Made by a program: the position numbers and the translations under genes. A DNA stretch of 64,000 nucleotides from Cyanophora paradoxa CCMP329 (Eukaryota > Plantae > Glaucophyta): the NCBI GenBank assembly GCA_004431415.1, contig QPMI01000258.1, forward strand, positions 52,598 to 116,597, given 5' to 3'. Under the pieces are notes generated by a model that had not been told where the DNA came from, ran no database searches, and saw nothing but the letters and a program-made list of their open reading frames with translations. Each line of letters starts with the position of its first letter. Position 1 is the first letter of the stretch. Positions 1-11,808 of this stretch are shown piece after piece.

Positions 1-46
1 CAGCGGCCGGCAGCCGTGTCAGGATCGTGAACTCTGAGCCCGGCGC

Positions 47-3000
47 TTATCGCGTAGGCCTGGGTGCGCTGCTCGCGTCCGCCTGGGGAGCGGGGCCCGC
101 CCCCGCGGCTCGCGAGCGCTGCGGCCCGAGGGCGTCGGCGCCGTCGGCAGATCCAGAGGGGCTCCGGGCCCCGCCGGGGGCCTCAGGCTCCTCCCCGCCC
201 ACGCCGCCGGGCGGGCGCGGCTGCCCGCTCGAGTGCATCTCCTGCAGGGGCCGCCCGTCCGACGTCTGCCGCAGCAGCACCTTCAAGAGGAAGAGCATCG
301 TGTCGCCTGCGCCCGCGGGGCTCGACACCGGCAGCCCAAGCCTCGCGAGGACTGTCGCGCACGGCTCTTCCAGTAGACGAAGTGGGCGGGGAGGACGCCG
401 AGGTACTCCGACAGCGACTCGTGCGCCCGCTCTGCGCCCGCCCCGAGCCGCCGCCGGTGAGCAGCCCGGGGCGGGGCGGGGCGGGGCGGGGCGGGGCACC
501 CTGGAGCATGAAGTCGAAGCGGAGGCCGCCGCGGAGGACCTCCTCGGGGTCCCGCTCCAGCTCCCGCTCCGCCTCGAGCTCCACGTCCCCCGCGCTCCCC
601 TCCCCCTCTCCGTCCCCCTCGCACCCCGAGCCCCCGCTCCCCGCCCCCGGCCCCTCCCGCCGCGCCCCCGCCCCCGCCCCCGCCGCGGGGCCGGGGCGTG
701 CCCTGGTGGGGCGGCGGGGAGGGGCGGAGGGCCATGCCCCGCAGGGGCTCCACGCCGGCGCCGGTGGAGGGCCCTCCCCGCTCCGCCCCCTCCTCCTCGC
801 TCTCCGTCCACGCCTCGCTCCCTACCGACCCCCGCCCCCAGCGCCGCCCGTCAGAAAGCAGCCAGGGGCGCGGTGCGAGGCGGGGGCGCGGGCACCGAGG
901 AGGCCGCGGGCGGGGCCGGGGCGGGGAGGCGCGCCGGCGCCTCTCGCGGTCGGCCATGCTGGCGAGGCCGGCCCCCGCGAAGGTGGCCCGCCCGGGGCGC
1001 CGGCCCCCGCCGCCTCCTCCCACCCCTCCTCTTCCTCGTCGCTCTCCTGCAGGTACGCGCTCGCCTCCGGGTCGGGCCGCGGCGAGCCGCCCCTGCCGCC
1101 CCCCGCCCGCCTTAGCCGCCGCCGCACAGCGCGGTCAGGAGCAGGGCGGGCGTGTGGCGGGGCGGGGCGGGGGCGGCACCGTCCATGTCCTGCATCTGCA
1201 GCGTGGCGGCGCTCGCGGCCGCCCGCGTGGGCCGGGGCGGCCGCGGGGCCTTGCTGGGCGAGGCCCCGCTGCCCTCGATGCTCTCCGCCCCGGACCCCGA
1301 CGCCAGCCCCTCCGCGCTCGCCGAGCCCAGAGACCCCGCCCCGGGCCGCCCACCGCCGCCCCGGCCCCGGCGGCGGCGCCGCCACCAGCGCTGGCACCGG
1401 GACGGGCCCGCGGGCCGGGGCGGGGCGGGCCCCAGAGGCGCCTGGGGAAGCCGCCGATGGCGCCGACGGCGCCGATGACGCGGTCCTTGATCGCCCCCGT
1501 GCGCGCCGACACGCTGCGCCCCCGCCAGCTCACCCCGCCCCGGCCGGGCGGGGGCGGGGCGGGGCGGGGGCGGGTCGGGGCGGGGGCGGGGCGGGGGCGG
1601 GGGCGGGCGCCTGTAGTGGGAGCGGAGGCCGCCGGTGCGCCAGTGGGGCAGCACGCAGGGCGCCTCCACCGCCCCGGGGCCGGCGCCGGCGCCCTGCACC
1701 AGCGCCTCCCCGCTCGACGCCAGCAGCGGCTCCAGCCGGTCTGCCCCCGCCCCGGCCCCGCTCAGTGATGCTCACGCCCCGCCCCTCTGCGGCCGGGAGC
1801 AGCGCGCACATGCGACGGGATCGTGCTGGGCGGGACCGGCGAGGGGCGAGTGAGCGGAGCGGGGCGGTACGGTGCAAGCCGGGCCCTGGCTGCGGTCGGA
1901 GGCAGCGCGCACGGGATGGAATATGTCTGCGCGCGAGGGCGGGTGCCACGGTGAGACCGGCGCTCGGGAAGGCAAGCGCGGCGGGCGGGGCGGACTGTAG
2001 ATGGGACAGCCGCGCAGGAGCATCGAGCGGCCGCGGGGCGCCCCGCGGAGGGTGAGGAAGACAGCGAGCTGCGGCACGGCCGTCAGCGGGTGGAGCTCAG
2101 CTGCGGACGGGCGAAGGCGGGGGCGGGGGTCGGACGGGGGAGCCGGCGCAGAAGAGGTTGGAGACGCGGAAGTCGAGGCGCGGGTAGCGCAGCGGGCGTC
2201 CCCCCGCCGCCAGCGGCTCCGGCTCCGCCTCCGCCGCCCCGTCCGGCACGTGCCCGTACCCCGGCTGGTGCCGCAGGATGTCGTACGCTGCAGGCGGACG
2301 TTGGTCGGCGCGGGGAGGGCGGGGAGGCGGGGGGCGGGGCGGACAGATGACGGAGCCGAGGGAGTGGCCGAAGACGGAGACGGGCCCGTCGAAGTCGGGG
2401 TGGCGCCCCATGAAGTCCCGGTACGTCCCGTTCAGCAGCGCCGTCACCTCCGAGATGATCACCTGCCCCCGCCCCGCCCCCGCTCGCCCCGCCGCGTTCC
2501 CGGGGGAGGGGGAGGGGCGGGGCCGGGGGCGCCTGCTCGTAGGTGGGGCTCATGTAGTACAGCACGTCGAGGAACGTGTCGTTCAGGAACCTGGGGCCCC
2601 GCGCGTCGGCCGCTGGGGAGGGGCCCCGGCCCCGGCCGCGCGGGCGGGAGAGGCGCCGCTCACATCCGGAACCGCTGCGCGAACGGCAGTGTGATCTCCT
2701 GCGCCGCGGCACCAGGTCAGCTCTGCGCGCTTCGAAACTGAACCTACTGTCATTATCCGCACACCTGCATGATTCTGCGTGCCGCGCGTCGGGCGCGCGG
2801 GCGCGGTTAGAGCAGTTGCGAAGAGGTGTGCGCAAAGCGCGCGCGCGCGGGGGGGACAGTGGCGCACTTGTCCACGCCGTGAAGATCGTGCAATCGCGAG
2901 TGCCACTCGACCTGGCGCCGGCGCGTGAGGCCGCAGTGCGCGAGGTGTCGCGGGCGCAGCGCGGCTACCGTCTCGAAGGCCACGTCGACGCCGTGAAGCC

Positions 3001-3453
3001 GCTCAGGGAAGTGCGATTTGAGAAGAACATCTCGATTCGTCCTCATCTGTGTTTGCAGGTCGGCGCGGCGCGGCGCGGCCTCCGCTAGGCCCGCCGCGAT
3101 ACCTTGGTGAGGTTGTCGCGGATGAAGGAGCCTTCGATTTGTTCGTTGTTCTTCCCCTTGGCCGTCCACTGCTGACTTCCGATTCCATGGACGACTGCAA
3201 AAGTGAAGCAGAGGTTGCGGGGTCAGCGCGAGCACGGCGGGGAGTTGCGTACACGAACGAATCAAAGAGGCATCTGGCGCGCGCAGGCGCGCTCAGGCGC
3301 ACCGATCACAAGGTGGTTAGGCTTCTTCGGCCGCGACTCGGCCTCGTAGTGCACGGCCCCCTTCTTGTGCGTGAGCGTATCGAGCGCTTGCAAGGGGCGC
3401 GGTTCGGGCGGTGGCGTTTCAGCCTGCCTGAAGCTTCGCAGCTTCTGGAGCAT
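47..3453 (-). CDS. DDHD-domain phospholipase A1 (PA-PLA1/SGR2/DDHD1 family), multi-exon
   Basis: Stitched exons give VEWHSRLH, FLNDTFLDVLYYMSP, the lipase motif VFGHSLGSVIC-YDIL, LDFRVSNLFCAGSP-LAVFLTLRG, IFHP..DPVA, RFDFMLQ and the C-terminal SEYLGVLPAHFVYWKSR-DTMLFLLK. Start codon uncertain. Confidence 0.85.
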
Positions 3454-3629
3454 CGCGCTCAGGCGCCTCCAGCGGCGGACCAGCGCTCCTGACGCTGCTA
3501 ACCGTCGAATCGTCGAACACAGAAACGTGCTTCTTGCGGATTCGAACCGTCGACCACAGAACTTCGCCCCCCCTTTTCAAACCGCGCCGGCCCGGCGCGC
3601 GCGCGCGCGCTCGGCTGCGCCCGATCGCG

Positions 3630-6102
3630 ATGGCTCCTCGAGCGGCTTTTTACCGACTGCACATTTGCGCAGCCGTCGTGACCGCGGCAAACCCAAAGCT
3701 CACGCAGCTCCCACACGAATGGGGAGCCGTGCGTCCTCCACCCGCTACGCAGGGCAGAAAGATGTAAAGCCGAGCGGTTCAAATTCGTCGACCCTCCGCG
3801 CGCTCGGCGAGCTGGAAAGGTGCTCCGCGACGCGCGCGAAGGAGACGCACCAGGCCCATGGCCCAGCCGCGGACAGACGAGGCTAACGGGACTTGCGCAG
3901 GTTCTGGCACGCCTGCTCGGGCATCGGCTACGGGAACGTGGTCGTCTGCGTGAAGCTCGAGGGGCCGCTCGTCCCCGAGCTCTTTCGAGCCGCCGTGAGC
4001 TTCTTCTCGCCCGGTCGCTTCGGTTCAGAACTGCGTGTCACATGCAAACCCGCCGCGCAGTGGCTCGCCTGCCTCCGGGAGCAGACAGCGCTCCGCGTCG
4101 CCGTCACGGGTGAGCTCGCTCACCCGGTCACCCGGCGCCTCGGTCGGAGCCTTGAGAGATCCAGCGCCACCGCAGAGGAGGCCGGGATCAAGTACTTTCG
4201 CTCGCTCTCCGAGTGGAGCGTGAGGCGGACGTTTGAAGGCGAGCGCCGCCGCCCGCACGCCGCCCGCGGCCGCCCCGCTGACCTCGGCGCGCCGGCCGGC
4301 ACGCAGTGGTGCAGTGCGCGAACGAAGAGGCGCGGGAGGAGGCGCGGCAGGCGGCCGGGGCGCGGCGCTTCGGGAACGAGGAGGCGCTGGCGCGGGCGTC
4401 GCTGCTCGTCGCCGACAACTCCGGGGCGCCGCGCACCGCTCCGAGCTCGTCCTCTCGCTCTGCGCCGCCGTCTGCGGTGCGACCCCCGCCCCGCCCCGGC
4501 CGACGGCGCGCGGGGGCGAGGGAGGGGCGGGGCAGACGGCAGCAACGCGGGGCGCTGGTCGCGGCGCTGCTCGGGCGCTACCGCGTGCTGCAGCGCCCGC
4601 CCTCGACCCTCCTCCCCAAGCCCCTCCCGCCCCGGCCGAGGCCCTCGCCCGCCCCCCGTCCTCGAGCGCGCCCGCGCCGCCCCCCGGCGCCCCTGCGCGG
4701 GGCCGCCCCGCCCGGCGTCGAGGCGGAGCCGCGGGCGGCGCGCCGGGGCCGCGGCGGCAGCGCTTCCTCTGCGCAGAGCTGGGCGAGGGGCCACGGGGGA
4801 GCTGCTGACGGCCTGCCGGCGCCGGGGGCCTCCCTCGGGGCCGCCCTCGCCGCCGCCTTCACCGCCGCCGCAGCGGGGGCCGGGCTCGTCGCCCCGGGCC
4901 CCCCGAGGGCCCCGAGGGGAGCCGCTGTGCGCCCCCGACCTGCGCGTCGGGCTGGACCTGCGGCGCCACTGGGAGGCCGCGCGGGGCGCCCCGGGCGGGG
5001 CGACGCGGCGTGCTACGCCGCCGTCCTCTCCGCGGGGGTCCCCCTCGGCCCCGCCACGCCCCTCTGGGAACTCGCGGCGGCCGCCCACGAGGCGATCCAC
5101 GGCGTCGTGCGCCGCCACGAGCACCTCGCCTGCCTGCGCGCCCCCGCCCCGCCCCGCTCCTCCGCTTCGGTGGCGGCTCACGTGGGGGCGGGGGCAGGAA
5201 CTCGATGGCGGGGCGCTGGCGCGGGGCGCGGCGCCGCTGCGCTCCCTGCGGCACCGCGCCGCCGGCGCCCTCGACATGCTCGCCCTCTCCCCCTCGGCGC
5301 CGTCCGCCCCGCCCCCGCCCCGCCCCCGCCCCCGGCGCCTTCGCGGGGGCCGACGCGGGGGCGGGCAGCTGCCGGGCTGGAGCCGGCGGGGTGCCCGCTG
5401 CGCGTGCGCTCCTTCGCGCAGTTCGTCGGCCTCGCGGGCCTCGGGCCCCGCGCCCACCTCGCCGCCGCCCTGCACCGCGACCGGTCCCCGCCCCCGCCCC
5501 GCCCCGCTGCGCTGCGGCGGCTGAGGGCGGGCAGGCTCTGCCTGTGGCTCTCGTGCGCGGAGGAGGCGGGGCCGGCGGGGCGGCGGGGCCCTCCTCGAGG
5601 GCGTCGCCGCGTGCCTGCGCGCCGCCGCCGCGGGGAGCCGCGCGTGGCGGAGGCGCTGCCGCCGCCCGCCGCCGCCGCCCTCGAGGCCGCCTTCGAGGAG
5701 GCCGCCCAATCCCTCGCCCGCAGGCAGCCCTCGTGCCCGCCCCGCCCCGCGGCCACCCCCTCCTCTACCCCCCTCCCGCCCCGCCCCGCCCCGCCCCCCG
5801 CCGCAGACACCGGCCCGGCCCCGGGCGGGGCCGTCGTGCTCCCCGCGGGGGCACGAAAGCCCTCCGCGGGGGAGCGAAAGCCCTCGGCGGGGGCGCGGAA
5901 GTCCTCCGCGGGGGCGCGGAGGGGGTCGGCGGGGGCGCGGAAGGCGTCGGGGGGGCCCGGGAGGCGGCCGACGTACGAGCCGCTGTGGGGCGGCGGGGGC
6001 GATCGGGAGGAGGGCGCGCGGACGCCGAAGCGCGCGTGGGGCCGCGACGAGCCGCCCGGCGTGCTCTTCGTGGGCCCCCCTACCCCCCTCGCGTACACGT
6101 AG
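3630..6102 (+). CDS. Condensation-fold/alcohol acetyltransferase-like (PapA5/Atf-like) protein, possibly plastid-targeted
   Basis: RALGELERFW..GNVVVCVKLEGPL, degenerate HxxxDG motif (LSLCAAVC|DG), ELLTACRRRGASLGAALAAAF, GLDLRRH and LWELAAAAHEAI match the CoA-dependent acyltransferase pattern. N-terminus MAPRAAFY. Apparent homopolymer frameshifts. Confidence 0.6.
5851..5955 (+). repeat. Degenerate 21-bp coding tandem repeat (xRKxSAG, about 5 copies)
   Basis: Encodes ARKPSAG ERKPSAG ARKSSAG ARRGSAG ARKASGG. Confidence 0.75.
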
Positions 6103-6223
6103 CCGCTCCTCGGGATCGGATCGGACTCGACGATGATGTACACGTGCGGGGACACAGGGGGAGGGCAAGGGGCGGGCGCGAGGGGGACGGGAGCGCCGTG
6201 GCCGAGGGGGGGCGGAGGGGGGC

Positions 6224-9200
6224 TCAGGAGGGGAGGAGCTCCTTGTAGCGCTCGGCGGTCTCCGGGGCGGCTTTCTTGGCGCGGACGAGGGCGAGGGTGT
6301 TCTGGTAGGAGGCGAGGGTGGCCGGCTCGAGGGCGGGCGCCGCCCCCGCCGCGTGCTCCTTGATGGAGTCGAGGAGCTGGTTGAGGAAGGCCGGGGTGAC
6401 GGCGGCCTCGGCGCCGGCGTCGAAGTAGTAGAGGGCCTGGTTGAGGAGCTCGACGAGGAGCTGCACGGGGCTCCCCGAGAGGGCGCTCCCCTCCGCCACC
6501 TTCACCGCCTTCTTCAGGCACTCCAGCACCCGCCGCCCGTCCCGCGGGAAGCCGCCCGCCTGCAGCTCCGCGGGGCGCCAGAAGAGGTGGGAGGCGAGGT
6601 AGGTGCAGCGGCACTGGTCCGGCTTCTTGAGGAGGCGCGTGCAGCTCTGCACGCACTTCACCGCCGCGCTCTCGTAGTCCTCGGCGCCCAGCGCCTCGAG
6701 GGAGGTGAGGCTCCCGATGATGAGCGTGAGCGCCGCGAACTGCTGCTTCGAGTCCGCGATCTCCTCCTCGAAGACCACGAAGGCCTGCGGGGCGCCTCGG
6801 GCCGGCGGCGGCCGGCGGGCGGCGCGAGGGCGGGCGCGGGGGCACCTGGGTGAGGAACTCGTAGGCGAAGTCGAGGACGCCGCAGCGGGCGGCCGCCTGC
6901 GCGCACTGCAGGAAGAGCCGCAGCGCCGTGTTCGGCACCACCTGCCCGCCCCCGCGCCCCCTCAGCCCGGCCCGCGGCGGCGCGGCGGGGCGGGCGGCTC
7001 GCCTGGACAAGGGGCAGCGCGGTCTGCAGCACGAACTTGAAGAGGTCGGCCGTCTTGGGGGTCACCTCCTCCCCCGCCGCCTCCTTCGCGCGGATCGCCG
7101 GCGCGAGCTGCCGGCCCGTCAGCGCGCGGCGGGGGCCCGGCGAGGAGCGGGAGGCGGGGGCCTTGAGGAGGGAGAAGATGAGGGGCGGGAGGGTGAACTT
7201 GATGCGCCGGGGCCCGCCAGCGGCGACGTGCTTGCGCGCGGAGGAGTACATCTGGAGGGGCGCTGGACGGGGCGGGGCGGGGCGGGGGCGGTGGCGGGGG
7301 CGGGGCGGGGCGGACGGCGAAGAGGGTGGCGGGGTCGGGTGCTGGAGGAGGTGGATGGCCCGCGCCACCAGGTTCTGCTCCTCCTCGAACTCCTCCTGCC
7401 CGCGAGCTCGCAGGGCGGGGCGCGGGGCGCGGGGCGCGGGCGGGCGGCGGGGCGCACGGGGTCCTCGTTGGCGTCCTCGTGGGGGCGGGGGCCGCCCCGG
7501 GGCCCTCCCCGTCCGCCGTCAGCGGCCGCACGAACTCGAAGAGGACCTCCACCTGCGAACAAAGTCAGGCCGGGTCGGGCGGGCGCGCCAGCGAGCGGGC
7601 GGGCGGGCGCCGCGGGGCCGGCGCGCGCGCGCCTTGGACGGCTCCTCGACGGCGCTGCGGTTGCGGACGACGGCCTGCAGCAGCGACGTCGCCACCGTCT
7701 TCCGCGTCTTGAACTGCCGGCGGCCGCTTGAACGGGCCTCTCGGCGGGCGCGGGGGGGCGGGGCGGGGGGTACCGGGAGGTAGGCGAGGAGGGCGGAGAA
7801 GTTCTTGAGCTCGAGGATGGTGAGGACGCGGGCCTTGTAGGAGGCGAGGGGCGTCGTCAGCAGCTGCACGAGGTTCCGCACCGCGGGGCCCTCCTCCAGC
7901 CTGCCCCGCCCCTCGGCGGCGGGGCCGAGGGGGCCGGGGCGGGGCGGGGCGCGGGGCGGGGCGGACTGGCGGAGGGCGATGGAGGAGAGGGCGACGGCGG
8001 CCTGGCCCAGGATCTGGCCCCCGGCGGCCCCGTCGGGCGGGAGGGGGGCGGGAGGAAGGGGGCCCCGGGGGCGCCGCGCACCTGGTCGACGTACTCGAGG
8101 CGGTCCGGGTAGCACTTGAGCGCGAAGTTGAGCAGCGCCACCTGCGCGCCCCGGGGGATGAGCGGGCGGGGCGGGGCAGGCGGGACAGGCGGGGCGGGGC
8201 GGGCGGGGCTGGGCGCCTGGAGGGAGAGGACGGCGGCGAGCTCGAGGTTGCCCTGCGCGTTGACGATCTTCGCGACGTTCTCCGAGAGCTGCCCGAACGC
8301 CCCGTACTCCTCCGAGATCCCGTTCTGCGCCGCGTACTGCCCCGCGCCCTGAGAGGCACGCGGGGCGGGGCGGGGCGGGGGCGGGGCGGGCCTTGGCGAG
8401 GCGGTCCATGAGGTTGACGAGGACGGCGCGGATGTCGACGCCCTGCTGCAGCTGCGCGCACGTCCCCAGGAACGCCTGCAGCGTCTCCAGGTGGAACTCG
8501 TCCGGGAACGCCTGCACCGCCCCCGCACCACGTTCGCGTGCCGCTGGGCCGGCGGGGAGGCCCGGGGCGGGGGGGCGGGCGGAGGGGCGGGCGGGCCTGG
8601 ATGATGATGTCCATGAGGTACTCCTGGGCGATGGGGTCCTTGCACGTCACGATCTGCTCCGTGATGCGGGGCAGCACTTGCTGCGGGGGCGTCACGCGCC
8701 GGCCGGGGGCCGGGGGCCGGGGGCCAGCGGCGGCGGGGGGCACCGTCTTGTAGGTCTCGAGGTCGACGCCCTCAATCTGGGAGAGGCGCACGAGGTTCGA
8801 GCCGACCAGCTGCCGCAGCTCCTTCCGCTCCCGCTCCCTGCTCCCCCGCCCCCCTCAGCCCCCGCCGCCCCCGCCGCACGCCCCACCGCCGCCCCCCGCA
8901 CCGCTTCTCCCGCTCCCGCAGCGGGCCCTGGTGCTGCATGCGCACCTGCGGGGCGGGGGCGGCTCGCGGGGTGCGGGGCGGGGCGGGGCGGGGGCGGGCG
9001 GGGCGGGGGCGTGCCCAGAGCTTGTTCATCTCGAGGAAGTTGCTGAGCACGAACTCGATCGAGTCCTTCACCGAGCCGCCCTCCCTGCCCGCCCCGCTCA
9101 GCGCCCCGCCCCGGCCCCCCGCCCCCGCCGCCCCGCCCGCACCCCTCGTACTCGTTCCCCGCCTGCCCGGGCGCCCGGTCCGGCAGCTTGTCCTTCGTGA

Positions 9201-10177
9201 GCTGCGAGAGGTAGGAGCGGAGGAAGAGGCCGCGGGTCGGGTGCTGCGCCCCGGGGTCAGCGTGTGGAGGTGGGGCGCGGGACGGGCGGGGGCGGGCCTG
9301 GACGCCGCGGCACATCTCGACGAGGTCGCGGAGGACCTCGCGCGCCGGCGCCTCCTTCGAGCGGATGTACACGCTCCCCACCGTGATCAGCAGGTACCTG
9401 CCCCGCCCCCCCGGCTCACCCCGCCCCCGCCCTCGCGCCCCCGGCGCCCCGCCGCGCTTACAGGCGCGGAATGATCTGCGTCGCGTGCTGCACGAGCTCG
9501 TACAGGTCGATCATCCGCGTCCCTGCGCCCGCGCCGTCGGCCGCTGGGGCCCCCACGGCGAGCCGGGCCCCGCACCGCTCTTGTTGGCCTCGCGGAAGTA
9601 CTGCTCCAGGTAGGAGAGCTCGTTGAACACCTTCATATCTGCGTGCGCTCGCGGGTTGGCGTCTGGACCACTTTCAGTGCGTACGCGGGGCCAAGCGCAC
9701 AGAGGTCGTAGTAGTTCTTGGGGCTCATGGAGCCGGTTCGCAGCTCCGAAAGCATCGCAGAGGCGTGCTTCAGCGCGTCCTTCAGCTTGTTCTGGTCCTG
9801 CGCGCCGGAATGTGTACGGGCGGAAGGGTGACGCGGTCAGACGGCGCGGCGCGTGGCGCAGGGGCGCCGCGAGCGTTCTCTGGCGGCTGGGGGGTCGCGT
9901 ACGAGGGCCTTTTTCATGTGGTACGCGCTGGACTTGACCACCATGCTGCGCGGGATGATCAACCGGCACCCCATCGGGCGGGACACGGGCGCGTCGGGGC
10001 TCGACGGCTGGTCGCCCTGGAAAGCGCAGCATTCCGGCGAACGACGAACCTGGCATCGTTGAGAAGCTTGTCCTGCTCCTCCTCCGGCGAGAGCATACGC
10101 GGCTGCTCCGCGACAGCCTGGCGGACAGGCGATCAGCGAGGGCACGTTCGCGCCCGCCGGAACGCGCGGCGGACCAT
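6224..10177 (-). CDS. VPS35: Retromer cargo-recognition subunit VPS35, many introns
   Basis: [122 protein letters not shown] probably sits on its own micro-exon at 10175-10177. Confidence 0.97.
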
Positions 10178-10218
10178 CTTTTGCTCCGAGTTTGTGTGTA
10201 CCCCCGCCCAGACCTCTA

Positions 10219-11477
10219 ATGAAGCTGCCCAGCGAAGCGTCGGCCTTCTCTTTCGCCCTCGCGGCGTTTCCGCGCAGTGGCGTCCGCGGGCCTTCCAGCT
10301 GCACCTCTCCGGCTCCGCCACCACGCGCCAGCATCTCGCCGGCGACGCGTGCGCCCGTCCGCGCCGGCCCGAGCGCTCCGGCGCGTCAGGCGTGCTGGGA
10401 GCTGTCAACAGGACTCCGTCACTTCGCCGCAGAGCGGGTTCGTCGCCCCGATCGATGCCACTCCTTTCCGCCCGCTCCGCCGCCCCTCCAGCCCTCTCAG
10501 TCGCCCAAAGGCCCATGTACTTCTCGTTTCGCATCCGTCCTAAGCGCCGTGGCGCCCGCTGCTGGCTCTAATCAACCGTAATGCCCCTCGAGATTTCTGT
10601 CTAAGCTAAGAGAGCGCGACGGGCGGCTTGACACTTCTCAACGTCTTCGAGAGCGCACCGCTGATCGGATGCCGACTTGCAGAGGGGCGGTTTCGCGGAG
10701 TCCTGCAGGCGAGCGGCTGCGGCGGCGCGGCACACATGCGAGCCCCGGCAGTTTGACGTCCAGTGCATGCGGGATCCCGGCAACGGTTTCTTGCGCGAGG
10801 CAAGCGTGGCATCCCGTGGGGCTCGCTCCTAGAGACTGACCTCCGCGGCGTGGCATCCCATAGATTAAGCGGTTCTCCGAAACTGACCTCGGCCGGGGGT
10901 TGATTTTCGGGACGGGCCTGTGGCTCCTCCTCTCGGGGCGCCTCTGGTGGCTCTTCGAGTCCGTTTTCATCCTGATGGCGATGCTCGCGGTCGGCGGCTT
11001 CGTGGGCGCCATCGTCTTCCGCAACTGGCTCTCCAAGCAGCGCGTGCGCCCCCCCCCGCGCCCGGCCGCCCCCCGAGCCCTGCCGGCGCTGAGGCGGGGC
11101 GGCGGGGCGGGCAGGTGATCAACTCGTGCCCGGTGTGCGGGAACACGGTGGAGCTGGCGCCGGCGGCGTCGCTGCTGACGCAGTGCCCCCAGTGCCGCTC
11201 CATCCTCCGCTTCGATCCCGAGGTCGGCGCCCCCCGGCGGGCCCGTCGCTCGCCGGCGCGGCGCTCAGCGCGGGGCAGGTGCTCGCCTTCGTGGTGGAGG
11301 AGAGCACGCGCAGCGCCTCCCCCAACGACCCCTTCGGCGGGCCCTTCGGCGGCAACTACCAGGTAGCCCCCGACCCTCGCCCCTCGCAAGCGCGGCGGAC
11401 TGAGCGCGCCGCAGCAAATGTACGACCCTAAAAATACAATAATCGAAGTGGAAGCCGAGGAGGTCAAGGACAAGTGA
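10219..11477 (+). CDS. Putative plastid membrane protein with two TM helices and a CxxC...CxxC zinc ribbon (cyanobacterial/plant-type conserved hypothetical)
   Basis: Hydrophobic GLWLLLSGRLWWLFESVFILMAMLAVGGFVGAIVF, then SCPVCG..QCPQC, C-terminal TIIEVEAEEV*. Ser/Ala/Arg-rich N-terminal exon resembles a transit peptide. Start uncertain. Confidence 0.6.
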
Positions 11478-11616
11478 GGCCGCAACGCGGCCGCGCCCCT
11501 CCGCCCCCGCTTTCAGCTTAGCTCTCCCCGTCTGCGCTCCCGAGGGTGCTTGCGGTTTCCATTTCATTGCGGAATGTAATCGAACCTATGTGAGCGTCAG
11601 CGTAGCATAGGGCAGT

Positions 11617-11649
11617 GTATGGCTGCCAAATAAAGGCAGCCTTGCTTAC
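11617..11649. repeat. Left terminal inverted repeat (itself a hairpin GGCTGCC-AAATAAA-GGCAGCC)
   Basis: Reverse complement of 15369-15396 except in the hairpin loop. Confidence 0.85.
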
Positions 11650-11808
11650 GCACATATGTACAAGGGGCGCACTTACAAGTTATAAGTGCGCCCCTGGGGT
11701 ACAAGCCTCAGTCTTGCTTCGCAGCCAAGGCCTCTAAGCTTCTTCCCGTTCGCGTGTCACCATCTTCAAGCCAGCGGCTGCATGGACCATCAGCTGTAGC
11801 AGTGCTAG

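Noticed and set aside
4420-5400. Several frame switches within exons (also near 50540 and 50630 and in the cyclase gene) suggesting programmed frameshifting or RNA editing
   Set aside because: They fall in G/C homopolymer runs, typical of long-read indel errors, and no slippery heptamer or stimulatory structure is evident.
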